64,000 nucleotides of DNA from Promethearchaeota archaeon (GCA_019057795.1 JAHLWS010000031.1:1-64000); one strand, 5' to 3'. Counted from the stretch's first letter, positions 1 to 10,154 are shown. A program made the numbers and translations. Notes: generated by a model from the letters alone, not told the origin.

Positions 1-106
1 AATTGAGACGTGTAATAAGAAACAAGCTACATCTTTTGGAGGAAATTTACTTGATAAGCTAAATAAGTTGAATAAAACACAAATTTTGTCGAATGAAAAC
101 ACTTAA
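1..106 (+). CDS. 3' end of a gene running in from the left edge (IETCNKKQATSFGG...ENT*), possibly a 4Fe-4S protein C-terminus
   Basis: Open frame from position 2 to TAA at 104-106; truncated by the window edge. Confidence 0.35.
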   Translation, partial: IETCNKKQATSFGGNLLDKLNKLNKTQILSNENT

Positions 107-235
107 ATGATTTATTAGCTATTCTTTAATAAACATACTCTATTTTTTTAAAAGAATTAGCAATTGATTTTTTAATTTTAAAATCTAATTTCTATAAATT
201 GATGTTGATTTTGTTCTTATGCTAATTATTTTGAC

Positions 236-928
236 TTAAAGACCGCTCGTACTTGTAAGAAGAACCATAATATAATCGGCAACTCCTTCAATAGAGTCGG
301 AAATAGCTTCTAAAATGTCGAATATGTTTCCTATAGTAAAAATTGTAAAGAAATTTACTTTGTAGTCTGTTTCTTGAAGGCTTTTTCTTAATTTAATATT
401 TAATAGGTCCACTTCGTGTTCATATTGATTTATTAACTTAGCGTACGCTCTCACATTTTTCCTTTCTTCCACTAAATCAATCACGAGCTTATCTAAATAT
501 TGAACTGCTTCTACGGTTGTTTCTATTATTTTCAAGATAATACTTACGGTCTCTTCGCTACTTTGTTCCCAAAAACTTATTGGTATCGTAACAATTCTTC
601 GAGCAACACCAGTACTACAATTTGCTACATCATCCAATCTTTTTACTAAATGTGATAAGTTTTGTCTTATGCTGGGGTTTAATTCTCCTTTAGAGACGTC
701 TTTTTGGATTCTCCTTCTTAATTTATCTGCATCGTCTTCTAGAAGATCAACTTTTAGAAAATTTTTATTAGCTTTTTCGAGATTTTTGTCTTTTAATAAT
801 AAATTTAACCCAACTTCTAATTCTTTCACGCATTCTTGAACGATTTGCGCGTGTTGGATCGTTTTTTCCAAGACATTTAAAGCTGTTTCTCTTTTTAAAA
901 ATTCTATTAATGAACCCATTTTTATCAC
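236..928 (-). CDS. DUF47/PhoU-like phosphate transport regulator
   Basis: Two helical repeats (LEDDADKLRRRI; YEHEVDLL...LEAISDSIEGVAD); adjacent to a Pit transporter; true start may be ATG at 919. Confidence 0.85.
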   Translation of the reverse strand: MIKMGSLIEFLKRETALNVLEKTIQHAQIVQECVKELEVGLNLLLKDKNLEKANKNFLKVDLLEDDADKLRRRIQKDVSKGELNPSIRQNLSHLVKRLDDVANCSTGVARRIVTIPISFWEQSSEETVSIILKIIETTVEAVQYLDKLVIDLVEERKNVRAYAKLINQYEHEVDLLNIKLRKSLQETDYKVNFFTIFTIGNIFDILEAISDSIEGVADYIMVLLTSTSGL

Positions 929-974
929 ATTTTTTTTTTAATGCTTTATATTACAATATATTATATATATTTTA

Positions 975-2006
975 TTAGGTTAATCCAAATAAATTAAATC
1001 CAAAATAAAGAAACCCAGCAAGCGCAGCTGCAATTGGAAAAGTTAGAACCCAATATACACCCATTTTCCCTAATTCTTTATATTTTATTTCTTTTTTTTG
1101 AGATAGACTCATTCCGATAATACAAAATACAATGACATGACTATGAGATATGGGTAAACTTAATAATGTAGCGAACATAAGAATTAAGGCAGAACTTAAT
1201 TGAATAATAAGACTTTCGCTAGGACGAGAATCAATCATCTGAGAGGCTAAGTTTCTAATAACATACCGTGCAGCAATATAAATTCCAAGACAAGCGAAAA
1301 TCCCGCAAAAAAATGCAAATAATAAATATTGCTCAATATTCAAAGACCCCTTATCAAGTAATCCATAAAGAATACCTAACGCTTCACCTGAATTTGCCCC
1401 CACCCATATCTCAGCAAAAACAACAGCCATTAACAATAACCATTTGAAATATTTCTCAGATTTCTCGATCTGATTTAAACCTTTTAGGCGTGAGAGATAA
1501 GTTTTAGAAATTATTTTAAAAAGTATAAAAGTAACAATTAAACCAAATAACGGAGATAAGAACCAACTAAGAATAACATTATTTAATTTCACCCAGTTAA
1601 ACGCTGTTTCAAGATTAACACCTCCTTGTGAAAAGGAATATACGATTACAACTCCAACTATGCTTCCTATTAGAGAGTGAGTGCTGCTTAAAGGAATTCC
1701 CGCGAAACTCCCAATTACTAACCAAACTATACTACTTATTAAAACTGTTAGCAACATGAAATCTGTATATGTTAAACCCTCTCCTAATAAATCAGCACCT
1801 ACAGTTTTTGCTACAAACGCAAAGCTAAAGGAGAACATCCCAGCACCAACAGCTACACCCCCAATTAATAATGCAACCTTAAACTTTATAACTCCTGCTC
1901 CTACTAACGAAGATAAAGTTTCGTCATTAGCGCCTATAGCGAATGCGAGGGAGATTGCCAAAATAATTAAAACGATAACTAAAATTGAAGTTAGGTCGCT
2001 CACCAT
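975..2006 (-). CDS. pit: Inorganic phosphate transporter, PiT/PHO4 family
   Basis: GAND signature, PLSSTHSLIGSIVG, second GANS and PISHSH repeat; many TM helices. Confidence 0.92.
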   Translation of the reverse strand: MVSDLTSILVIVLIILAISLAFAIGANDETLSSLVGAGVIKFKVALLIGGVAVGAGMFSFSFAFVAKTVGADLLGEGLTYTDFMLLTVLISSIVWLVIGSFAGIPLSSTHSLIGSIVGVVIVYSFSQGGVNLETAFNWVKLNNVILSWFLSPLFGLIVTFILFKIISKTYLSRLKGLNQIEKSEKYFKWLLLMAVVFAEIWVGANSGEALGILYGLLDKGSLNIEQYLLFAFFCGIFACLGIYIAARYVIRNLASQMIDSRPSESLIIQLSSALILMFATLLSLPISHSHVIVFCIIGMSLSQKKEIKYKELGKMGVYWVLTFPIAAALAGFLYFGFNLFGLT

Positions 2007-2027
2007 ATCAAATCGTATTTCTATATT

Positions 2028-2690
2028 TTAATCGAAAATTAAATATTTAGTCGCTAAAAATTGAATGTACTCTGAAAAACTCTTGATGTGGTCAGCCATC
2101 ATCATTACACCTTCTATTAATTCTTTCAAGTAAAGGAAGGTCCTTGATAAATAATCCATATCATAATTATACAGACGGTTAAGAAGTTGCCACTCTTCTA
2201 ATCTCATCTTACGCCTTTCGTCTTTGATATTTTCGCAGATATCGTGAGCTTTGGTTAAATCAGAACCAATAAATTTGACTGCGTCTGTTAATTGACTTGA
2301 AATCGATTTTAATGATTTAAGTACAATCAGTATATGGCGTTTAAACTCTTCATCAGGAAATACAACTCTATAAAGGAGCATTTTGTTAGCAGAAAATTCT
2401 CCAATATTTTTAATATCGTTAATTTTAGTAAATAATTTTAGTCTATCCGCCTTTGAAAACATTAACTTAGACTTAAATATCTTAGATTCAAATGCTTTTT
2501 TGATTCGAACTTCAGTATGGGTCTCAATAACATAATTTAGGTTTTGTATGAAATTGTCAAAATCTTCCTCGACAAGAAATTCAATGCCTTCAATTAATTT
2601 CAAATTTTGTTCGTTTATGTTATCAACAAATAAGTGCGTTAATCCATCAATACTTAATTTTTTTAACTCTTTCTCACTTATCCCCTTCAT
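2028..2690 (-). CDS. Divergent DUF47/PhoU-like protein
   Basis: All-helical, with FSKADRLKLF and YLKELIEGVMMMADHI resembling DUF47 repeats; first gene of the pit cluster. Confidence 0.6.
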   Translation of the reverse strand: MKGISEKELKKLSIDGLTHLFVDNINEQNLKLIEGIEFLVEEDFDNFIQNLNYVIETHTEVRIKKAFESKIFKSKLMFSKADRLKLFTKINDIKNIGEFSANKMLLYRVVFPDEEFKRHILIVLKSLKSISSQLTDAVKFIGSDLTKAHDICENIKDERRKMRLEEWQLLNRLYNYDMDYLSRTFLYLKELIEGVMMMADHIKSFSEYIQFLATKYLIFD

Positions 2691-2873
2691 ACTGAATATA
2701 ACCCTTGAGAATTCTTAAATTTTTGATATATATAATATATATAGAATTAATAATTTCTATTGGAAATTTAATTTTACCCTTTTTTTTATTAATATCAAAA
2801 TATACTACATTGTATGTTAGAAAACTCGTAGCCTTACTTGAAATTTATATTAATTTTTTATTATCACCTTAAG

Positions 2874-3119
2874 ATGCGCAACATTCAAAAGTTCTACTTT
2901 TTTCGGTGTTATCACTGTGGTGAATGGTTTTATAGCAATAAGATATTAAAATCAAAAAAATGTTGGAAATGTAATCGGTCGTTTCAGTTTAAAAATTCAG
3001 TTAAAATCTCCAAGATGGTAACGCTCCAAGAAGCCATTAAAACTATCAAGAACCTTAAGATGAGTGTAGAAAAAGAATCTCTTTTTTATTATCTTAACCC
3101 AAAAGATAATTTTAAATGA
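2874..3119 (+). CDS. Small zinc-ribbon protein (DUF1922-like)
   Basis: CYHC...CWKC pair; ATG at 2874 preferred over TTG at 2838. Confidence 0.6.
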   Translation: MRNIQKFYFFRCYHCGEWFYSNKILKSKKCWKCNRSFQFKNSVKISKMVTLQEAIKTIKNLKMSVEKESLFYYLNPKDNFK

Positions 3120-3222
3120 AAATTAGTTTAAAAAATAAAATTATTTAAACCTCTCTTCTTCAATCTTTTTAAGGTTCTAAATAATATTATTAAATTTTTT
3201 TTAATAATTCATATACAGTGAT

Positions 3223-4686
3223 TTGGTGAATACTATGGAAACTAAAGACGAATTAAAGCTATTTGATAAGGATTTTATTAATCACTTAACTCAAGAAGCG
3301 GGAAACCAGATCGATTATTGGGATATAAGAGCAACGATAAGCAATGGAACAACTATAGATTTTACGGATCAAAAAAGTACAGAAATTTCTTCATATGAAA
3401 TTACAAATTGTGGAATAAGAACTTTTGTGAATGGAGGTTGGGGATTTTATGTGTTGAAAGATCTTAATAAAGATTTAATTAGAACAAGCTTTTTAAAATC
3501 GATTAAGCTAGCGAAATTAACAGAGTCTTTATCAAAACACAAGTTCAAAATCAAAGAAGTTGACCCTATTAATAAAAGTTTCAAAATTAAGTGTAAGAGA
3601 AAGCTGGCAGATGTAGATATTGAAGAAAAGATTCTTCTCGTAAAACATCACGAAAAGCTTGCATCAAATTATTCTAAAAAAATAAAAAACACGCATACGA
3701 TTTACATGGATGGCGTTAAGAGCTATGTTTTTATAAACTCGTTTGGTAGTTGTATTTATCAGGATCTTTCATATTTACGCTTGTTGAATATAGTTTATTC
3801 CCAGAAAGGGGGTGTGATCCAAAGATCGATTAATTCTGTCGGAGGTTTAGGGGGGTTCGAAATATTATCTACAGAGAAAGCAGAAAATTTAAGCGTTAAA
3901 ACAGCAAAAGAATCGATTAAATTATTAGAAGCAAAATCTCCAATTGGTGGAAAATTTACGATTATAGCCGATCCTAAACTTGCTGGAACCTTAATTCACG
4001 AAGCACTTGGACACGCATGTGAAGCAGATTTAGTTTTGAGCAAGGAAAGCATATTGGAAGGGAAAATTGGTCAAGAAGTGGCTGTGGGCGACATGAATGT
4101 CGTGGATGATCCCTCAATGGGACAAAGTTCTAAATTTGGATTACCATTTAAATTATTTGGGAGTTATTTTGTAGACGATGAAGGGATTCCTTCCCAAAAA
4201 ACAGTACTAATTGAAAATGGCGTGTTTAAAAATTATCTACATAACTTAGAAACCTCTTCTAGAATGAATGTACCTCCAAATGGCCATGGAAGAGCTTCAT
4301 CTAGTTCTTCTAAGCCTCAAGTTCGAATGGGATTTACTTATATAGAACCAAAAGACTGGAATGTCGATGAGATGATTCAAGACACAAAAAACGGAATTCT
4401 TTGTGAAGATTTTTTGTACGGTTATACGAATCCGACCACAGGAAACTTTCAATTTAAATGTAAATTTTCCTATAAAATTAAAAATGGGGAAAAACAGGAA
4501 TTGATGAGAGATGTTGCGTTGTCAGGTATGATTTTAGAAGTTTTAAAAAAAATTTCCGCTATTGGTGATAAAAATACATTAGGTTTTTCATCTGGAATAT
4601 GTGGTAAGGGTGGCCAGAGCGTTCATGTAAGTGATGGAGGGCCGTACATTAGGATCGACAATATAACCGTAGGTGGATTGAATTAA
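3223..4686 (+). CDS. tldD: TldD metalloprotease
   Basis: HEALGH zinc motif, DDEG, NGHGR, CGKGGQ and DGGPYIR motifs. Confidence 0.93.
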   Translation: MVNTMETKDELKLFDKDFINHLTQEAGNQIDYWDIRATISNGTTIDFTDQKSTEISSYEITNCGIRTFVNGGWGFYVLKDLNKDLIRTSFLKSIKLAKLTESLSKHKFKIKEVDPINKSFKIKCKRKLADVDIEEKILLVKHHEKLASNYSKKIKNTHTIYMDGVKSYVFINSFGSCIYQDLSYLRLLNIVYSQKGGVIQRSINSVGGLGGFEILSTEKAENLSVKTAKESIKLLEAKSPIGGKFTIIADPKLAGTLIHEALGHACEADLVLSKESILEGKIGQEVAVGDMNVVDDPSMGQSSKFGLPFKLFGSYFVDDEGIPSQKTVLIENGVFKNYLHNLETSSRMNVPPNGHGRASSSSSKPQVRMGFTYIEPKDWNVDEMIQDTKNGILCEDFLYGYTNPTTGNFQFKCKFSYKIKNGEKQELMRDVALSGMILEVLKKISAIGDKNTLGFSSGICGKGGQSVHVSDGGPYIRIDNITVGGLN

Positions 4687-6063
4687 ATGGATGATACAAT
4701 TGATATTTTTGAGCTTGCCAATTATGGGATAAAAATCGCCGAAAAAAAGGCTCCTAATTTTAAATGTGCAGAAATTTTCGTTGGCAAGAACGAATATACC
4801 AACATCGAACTCGAAGAAAATTCAATTAAATACAGTGAAATTGGAAGTGACCATGGAGTTTCGATTAGAATTTTCAATAAAAGAGGGTCTTTAGGGTTTG
4901 CGTTCACAAATAAATTAAATAAAAGAATTATAGAAAAAATTATTAAAAATGCTATAAAGATGATGAATGCAGGTACTGCCGATCCTAACTTTCAAAATTT
5001 GCCGTTAAAATATAAAACTTATCCTAATGTTAAAAAATTATACGATATCAGTATAAAAACATTAACCATCGAAGACTCAATTGAATATGTCAAAGAATTG
5101 ATTAATGTATGTAAAGACGATGACTTAGCGATTTCTCAATCTGGCGATTTTACATATAGTTGTAATATCTCCTATGTATTCAATTCAAATGATATCGAAG
5201 TGTTTGAAAAAGAGACCGTATTTTCAATTTCATCCAACATTATTGTAAAAAATAAAAGTACTGGAGAGACTTCAAATGGGTACGAATCCCAAATAAAAAG
5301 AAAACTAAAGGATATTAGCGGAATAAATACCGCGCTTGAAGCTTTAAAAAATGCGAAAAGAAATCTTAATAGAATTAAAATTAAAACCAAAAAGATGCCT
5401 GTAATATTATCTCCTAAAGGGACTATTAATCTTATTTTAAACCCAATTGCTTCCGCCATAAACGCAGAACTATTTCAATATAAACGAAGTTTTCTGGTTG
5501 ATAAGAGAGAAAAAGTTATTGGTTCTGAATATTTAACTCTTGAAGATAACGCATTGATAGATGGTGCTGTAGGATCTAGTAATTTCGATGGAGAGGGCGT
5601 CCCTTGCAAGAATAAAAAAATTATTGACAAAGGAATTTTTTTGAAATCGGGCTTATTACACAACAGTTATACAGCAGGGAAGGAAGGCGTTGAAAGCACT
5701 GGAAACGCTTCTAGAAGGGGCTTTAGTTCTGTCCCTTCTATAGGTATATCAAACTTCGTTATGCAAACTGGAACTTCTTCTATAGAGGAAATGATACAAG
5801 ATGTTAAAGAGGGAATATTCTTAAATTCTACTGGAGATTCGGCAAATATATCAACAGGGGACTTTAGTGGATTAATTTCCCAAGGTAATATAATTAAAAA
5901 TGGAGAAATAAAGCAAGCATTAAACGAAACTATGTTTGGTATAAATCTTTTGGATTTGTTTAAAAATATTGATGCCGTGTCAAAAGATTATAGAATTTAT
6001 GGATCATTTAAAGCCCCATATGTGAGAGTTAAAGACGTACAAATTATAGGATCTAAAGATTAA
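4687..6063 (+). CDS. pmbA: PmbA/TldE partner subunit
   Basis: FDGEG, STGNASR, TGDFS motifs; no HExxH; abuts tldD. Confidence 0.92.
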   Translation: MDDTIDIFELANYGIKIAEKKAPNFKCAEIFVGKNEYTNIELEENSIKYSEIGSDHGVSIRIFNKRGSLGFAFTNKLNKRIIEKIIKNAIKMMNAGTADPNFQNLPLKYKTYPNVKKLYDISIKTLTIEDSIEYVKELINVCKDDDLAISQSGDFTYSCNISYVFNSNDIEVFEKETVFSISSNIIVKNKSTGETSNGYESQIKRKLKDISGINTALEALKNAKRNLNRIKIKTKKMPVILSPKGTINLILNPIASAINAELFQYKRSFLVDKREKVIGSEYLTLEDNALIDGAVGSSNFDGEGVPCKNKKIIDKGIFLKSGLLHNSYTAGKEGVESTGNASRRGFSSVPSIGISNFVMQTGTSSIEEMIQDVKEGIFLNSTGDSANISTGDFSGLISQGNIIKNGEIKQALNETMFGINLLDLFKNIDAVSKDYRIYGSFKAPYVRVKDVQIIGSKD

Positions 6064-6118
6064 ATTATTAAGATTCAATTTATTGCTATAATTAAGATTT
6101 ATTTCATTTTTACGGTTA

Positions 6119-6634
6119 TTAAGAAGTAATATTTAATCTTAAAAATACAACATCATAAAATCTTCTAATACCTACAGAGGGGATTTCCCATAATTCCGCA
6201 ATTATTATTTGATTCGTTCCGGCTTGTGAAAAAGAAACATTAAATGCATTTGAAATCCAAACCACTCTATGTTGTAAAGTAATTGTCGACGAATTTACAA
6301 ATGAGGTTGCGTTTAATGAGGGTGATGAGCCTAGTACAGTATCGTTATTTCCCTTCAAAATTTCTATATGGAATGAAAAATCCCGATTTAAATAATTTCC
6401 AACAGAAATATAAAAAGTAATATTTTCATCAACTACTGCATTTGTAGGGTAATTTTCTGCTTTTTTGTCAGAATTCAAAATACCAAGATACCAATAACCC
6501 GGTTCAGGAGTTAATACGGCATAAATTATAAAGCCAGACACAAAAATTATACCGATAATTAAGAGAATTTTGAGAATTTTGTTAAATTCTTCATAACTGT
6601 TAAGTACTTCTTTTTTTCCCTCTTTACTAGTCAT
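6119..6634 (-). CDS. DUF1616-like membrane-anchored protein
   Basis: N-terminal TM helix then LGILNSDKKAENYPTN; ATG at 6634 overlaps the upstream stop (ATGACTAG). Confidence 0.65.
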   Translation of the reverse strand: MTSKEGKKEVLNSYEEFNKILKILLIIGIIFVSGFIIYAVLTPEPGYWYLGILNSDKKAENYPTNAVVDENITFYISVGNYLNRDFSFHIEILKGNNDTVLGSSPSLNATSFVNSSTITLQHRVVWISNAFNVSFSQAGTNQIIIAELWEIPSVGIRRFYDVVFLRLNITS

Positions 6635-7728
6635 TTTGAACATTATCTTTAAACCAAGCTATTGTTTTCAATAACCCCTCTTTTAAAGGAGTTGTAGGTT
6701 GCCAATTTAAAATTCTTTTTGCTTTTCTTAAATCAGCAGATCTTCTAACCGGATCGTCAATAGGTAAAGACTTGAATATAAATTCTGAATTAGAATTAGT
6801 CAATTCTGTTATGATTTTAGCTAATTGTAAAATAGTGTACTCCTTATCGTTACCCAAATTAATAACTTCTCCAATTGCTTCGTCTTTATAAACTATCCTT
6901 AAAATTCCTTCAACCTCATCTACAACATAAATGAAAGAGCGAGTTTGAGAGCCATCGCCAAAAATTGTTATATCTTCGTCGCTTAACGCTTGACGAATAA
7001 AGTTTGGAACAACTCTTCCAAACTCCGGCCCATATTTGATTCTTGGTCCCGAAGTGTTAAAAATTCTTACTATCTTCGTTCTGATTCCGTGTTGTAACTC
7101 ATACGCCTTGACAAAAGCTTCTCCAGCCCTTTTAGACTCATCGTAACAACTTCTGGGACCTACGGGGTATGCGCTCTTATAGGAAATCCTAATTAAGATT
7201 TACGTGCCCAAAATAGGTCTCAGATGTCGGAATTGCTTCATCGGGAGGATTACCATACACTTCCGAAGTACTTGTATAGAAAAATAACGCATAATGGGCT
7301 TTCGCAATACCTAAAGCGTTCATCGTTCCAAGAGTATTACTTTTTAGTATTGGAATTGGAAATTTTTTGAATTCAAATGGAGACGCCCTGCTAGCCATAT
7401 GCATAACAATATCAATTCTCTTAATATCGCCCACGCAAGTCCCGCTTGGATGATGAGTCAATCCAAAATAAATAGGTTTAGAAATATCGTGATTAATAAA
7501 ACGGAAATTTTCTTTTTCCATCAAATGAGAGATGTTCTCGAACCTCCCTGAAGATAAATTATCTAAACATATGCAATATGCCCTTTGTTTTACTAGAACA
7601 TCGCACACCCAAGAACCTAGGAATCCTGCGCCTCCAGTTACTAAAATAGTTTTATCTTGAAATGAAATATTATCTTTTCTTAGACGATCAATTATTTCTG
7701 TAATATCATCTTCTATATTATAAGTCAT
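6627..7728 (-). CDS. UDP-glucuronate decarboxylase-like NAD-dependent epimerase/dehydratase in two exons (7728-7200 and 7168-6627), 356 aa after removal of a 31-nt insert
   Basis: TGGAGFLGS, ASRASP, TSTSEVYG in exon 1; PVGPRSCYDESKR (YxxxK), RIFNTSGPR, GRVVPNFIRQAL, FGDGSQTRSF, NLGN, DDPVRR in exon 2; I translated exon 2 by hand and it is open from 7166 to TAG at 6627. Confidence 0.9.
7169..7199 (-). other. Putative 31-nt bulge-helix-bulge/BHL-type mRNA intron
   Basis: AUCUUAAUUAGGAUUUCCUAUAAGAGCGCAU; internal hairpin; 3-nt bulges AAA and AUA; cutting after nucleotide 2 of each bulge restores ...CAC GUA AAC CCC GUA... Confidence 0.75.
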
Positions 7729-7922
7729 TTTTATACAACGCCTTTTTATCTTTATAAAATATTTAAAAAATTATTAAATTTATTAATTTCAAATTTTAAA
7801 TAATTAGCGTAATAAAAATCATCTATGTCATTCGGTCGACAAGAATTTTTTTAATCTTTCCTTTCTCATCTACCTCTACAAAAATCCTAATTAGTTCAAA
7901 AATACTTGTTAAAAAATTAAAA

Positions 7923-8513
7923 TTAGCGTGTTTTCTGACCACAATACTGGCAGTACTTAAGTTCCAATGGATAATATTTACTACAACTAGTACATTTTTT
8001 TAAAGAATTCTTGAGAATCTGTCGTCCAAGCATTTCGAAGACATTTTCTACATTTTCTCCCGTCTTTGAAGAAACTCCAATTATTTCTCTTTGAAATTTA
8101 TATTTATTAAATACTTCTTTAGCGTCTTCATGTTTGACTTCCCTTTGGTTTTCTAAATCAATCTTAGCTTCAATCATTAATTTTGTTTTTGGAGGATTTG
8201 GAACCGAAGTAATAACCTTAATCCAATCGTGAAGATCTTCTAAGGAATCTTTATTCGTAATGTCATAAAGAAAAAGAGCTCCAGAAGCGCCCGAGATGTA
8301 AGAGGGAAATAAAAGTCGAAACTTTTTTTCTCCTGCAAAATCCCAAATGTTGAGAAGAATCTCTGTATCGTCCACTACAACCTTTTTTGTTTCGAAATCA
8401 ACCCCTATTGTCGATAAAGTTGATTTATCAAACTTTCCAGTGGCGTAGCGCCTAATGAGAGATGTTTTTCCTACATTTTTAGCACCTGCTACTATTACTT
8501 TAAATTTGATAAT
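7923..8513 (-). CDS. Rab-like small GTPase with C-terminal zinc ribbon; start codon uncertain
   Basis: G1 GAKNVGKT and G2 STIGVDF lie upstream of the listed ORF start in the same open frame (open to TAA 8538-8540); WDFAGE, AKID, SSK; CTSC/CQYC tail. Confidence 0.85.
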   Translation of the reverse strand: MIKFKVIVAGAKNVGKTSLIRRYATGKFDKSTLSTIGVDFETKKVVVDDTEILLNIWDFAGEKKFRLLFPSYISGASGALFLYDITNKDSLEDLHDWIKVITSVPNPPKTKLMIEAKIDLENQREVKHEDAKEVFNKYKFQREIIGVSSKTGENVENVFEMLGRQILKNSLKKCTSCSKYYPLELKYCQYCGQKTR

Positions 8514-8827
8514 TGTTTTTCCACCAAGTTTTTTTGATTATAATCTTATTATTGTAAATATTAAAATAAAAGTATTAATCTTTAATCATAAAAATTTTAT
8601 TACTAATTTTAATTGTTTGTTTTTTCAATTTTTAAAAAATTTCTCATGCTACTATGAAATTTTATTACAACCTTTTTAGTATTATTTGCCATAAAAAGTA
8701 TCCTTTTATTTATAGAATTCAATTTTGAATAAAAAAATGCTAAGTTTACTTACACGCGTGTATTCTTTCGCTTTTACATTAAAAATTATAAGCAATATTT
8801 TAATAGAAAAAAAAATATTGTCAAATC

Positions 8828-10135
8828 ATGGAAAATCGTTCAAATAAAAAATATATTGGGACTTTATCACAGAAAGAGTTAATGAAATTATACGCAAAGC
8901 ATGTGAGCGCACCAAAAGTTCGTTTTTTTAAAAGATTTGGGTTAGGAATCGTACCGGGAGAGAGGAAAGGAGTCAAATTTAGGACACTTGCTGGACCAAG
9001 ACCCTCTGATCCACCAATGGAACTGTTTGATTGCCACACATGTGGAGGTGTTTATAATTTAGGTCATCTAAATCCAAGAATTATTCAAGTTCTTAAGGAT
9101 GCTTTAGATGGTGGGCTAGATATCGGTGATCATCTACAATTATCAGAATGGAGAGCTATTTTGGGGAAAAAATTAGCGGAATTAATGCCTCCAGGAATAA
9201 CAAAAACCACATTTGGAGTTAGCGGTGGTGAAGCAGTTGATACTGCCATTAAATTTTCAAGGGCATATACAAAAAGGAAAGGATGTATCTCCGCAATTGG
9301 AGGATTTCACGGACATACCGGATTTGCCTTGGCAACTGGAGACCCTGGCTTTAAAGAAAATTTTCTGTGGAATCTTCCTGGTTTTGAGCAAGTTCCTTTT
9401 GGCGATGGAGACGCCTTGAAAAAAACTATTTCGGATGATGTTGCGTGTGTTATTTTAGAAACTATTCCAGCAACAGGCGGAGTATTAATCGCTCCAGAAG
9501 GTTACTTTTCAGAGGTTCGGGAACTCTGCGACGAACATGGGGTTATGATGATCATTGACGAAGTCCAAACCGGACTTGGACGAACAAGTCATTTCTGGGC
9601 GATTTATGGTGGTTTATATGAGAATGAAAAAGTTATTCCTGATTTTATGGTTTTAGGGAAAGGTATGAGCTCGGGGATTTATCCAATTTCTACTTGTAGT
9701 TACAAACCATTTATAGAGAAGTTAGTTTTTAAGGACGATCCGTTTATTCATATTTCTACAACTGGTGGCTCAGATTTAGGTTGTGCGATTGCGTGCGAGA
9801 TGTTAGACATACAGTCTGATCCCGAATTTTTAAAACATGTAAAGGAAATAGGTAATTTATTTGGTAAAGGTTTAAAAGAAATAGCGGACGAATATTCTGA
9901 ATTAATAAAAGAAGTGAGGGGAAGAGGGCTTATATGGGGGATAGAGTTTAATAGCGAAACATTTGGGCAATTAGCTATGCTCTCCATAATAAAAGAAGGC
10001 GTTTTACAAAATTACTGTGGTAATAGAAAAGATACTCTTATTATGATGCCACCATTAATCGTGAAAGAAGAAGAAATTGAAGAGATTATAGAGAGAATAG
10101 GTAAAGGTGTCCATAATCTTAAAAAATTAAGTTAA
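8828..10135 (+). CDS. Class III PLP aminotransferase (putrescine/acetylornithine-like)
   Basis: SGGEAVDTAIK, FHGHT, DEVQTGLGRT, GKGMSSG, EVRGRGL. Confidence 0.92.
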   Translation: MENRSNKKYIGTLSQKELMKLYAKHVSAPKVRFFKRFGLGIVPGERKGVKFRTLAGPRPSDPPMELFDCHTCGGVYNLGHLNPRIIQVLKDALDGGLDIGDHLQLSEWRAILGKKLAELMPPGITKTTFGVSGGEAVDTAIKFSRAYTKRKGCISAIGGFHGHTGFALATGDPGFKENFLWNLPGFEQVPFGDGDALKKTISDDVACVILETIPATGGVLIAPEGYFSEVRELCDEHGVMMIIDEVQTGLGRTSHFWAIYGGLYENEKVIPDFMVLGKGMSSGIYPISTCSYKPFIEKLVFKDDPFIHISTTGGSDLGCAIACEMLDIQSDPEFLKHVKEIGNLFGKGLKEIADEYSELIKEVRGRGLIWGIEFNSETFGQLAMLSIIKEGVLQNYCGNRKDTLIMMPPLIVKEEEIEEIIERIGKGVHNLKKLS

Positions 10136-10154
10136 TAATATTTTTTTTCTCAAT

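Noticed and set aside
4120-4160. Short insertion in TldD (GQSSKFGLPFK) with weak hairpin
   Set aside because: Only a 1-nt bulge is possible, so no BHB geometry.
7420-7470. Extra residues GLTHHPSGTCVGDIKR in the epimerase, with a TTGGA/TCCAA hairpin, as a second in-frame intron
   Set aside because: No 4-bp central helix with 3-nt bulges can be built and the frame is intact; more likely a protein loop.
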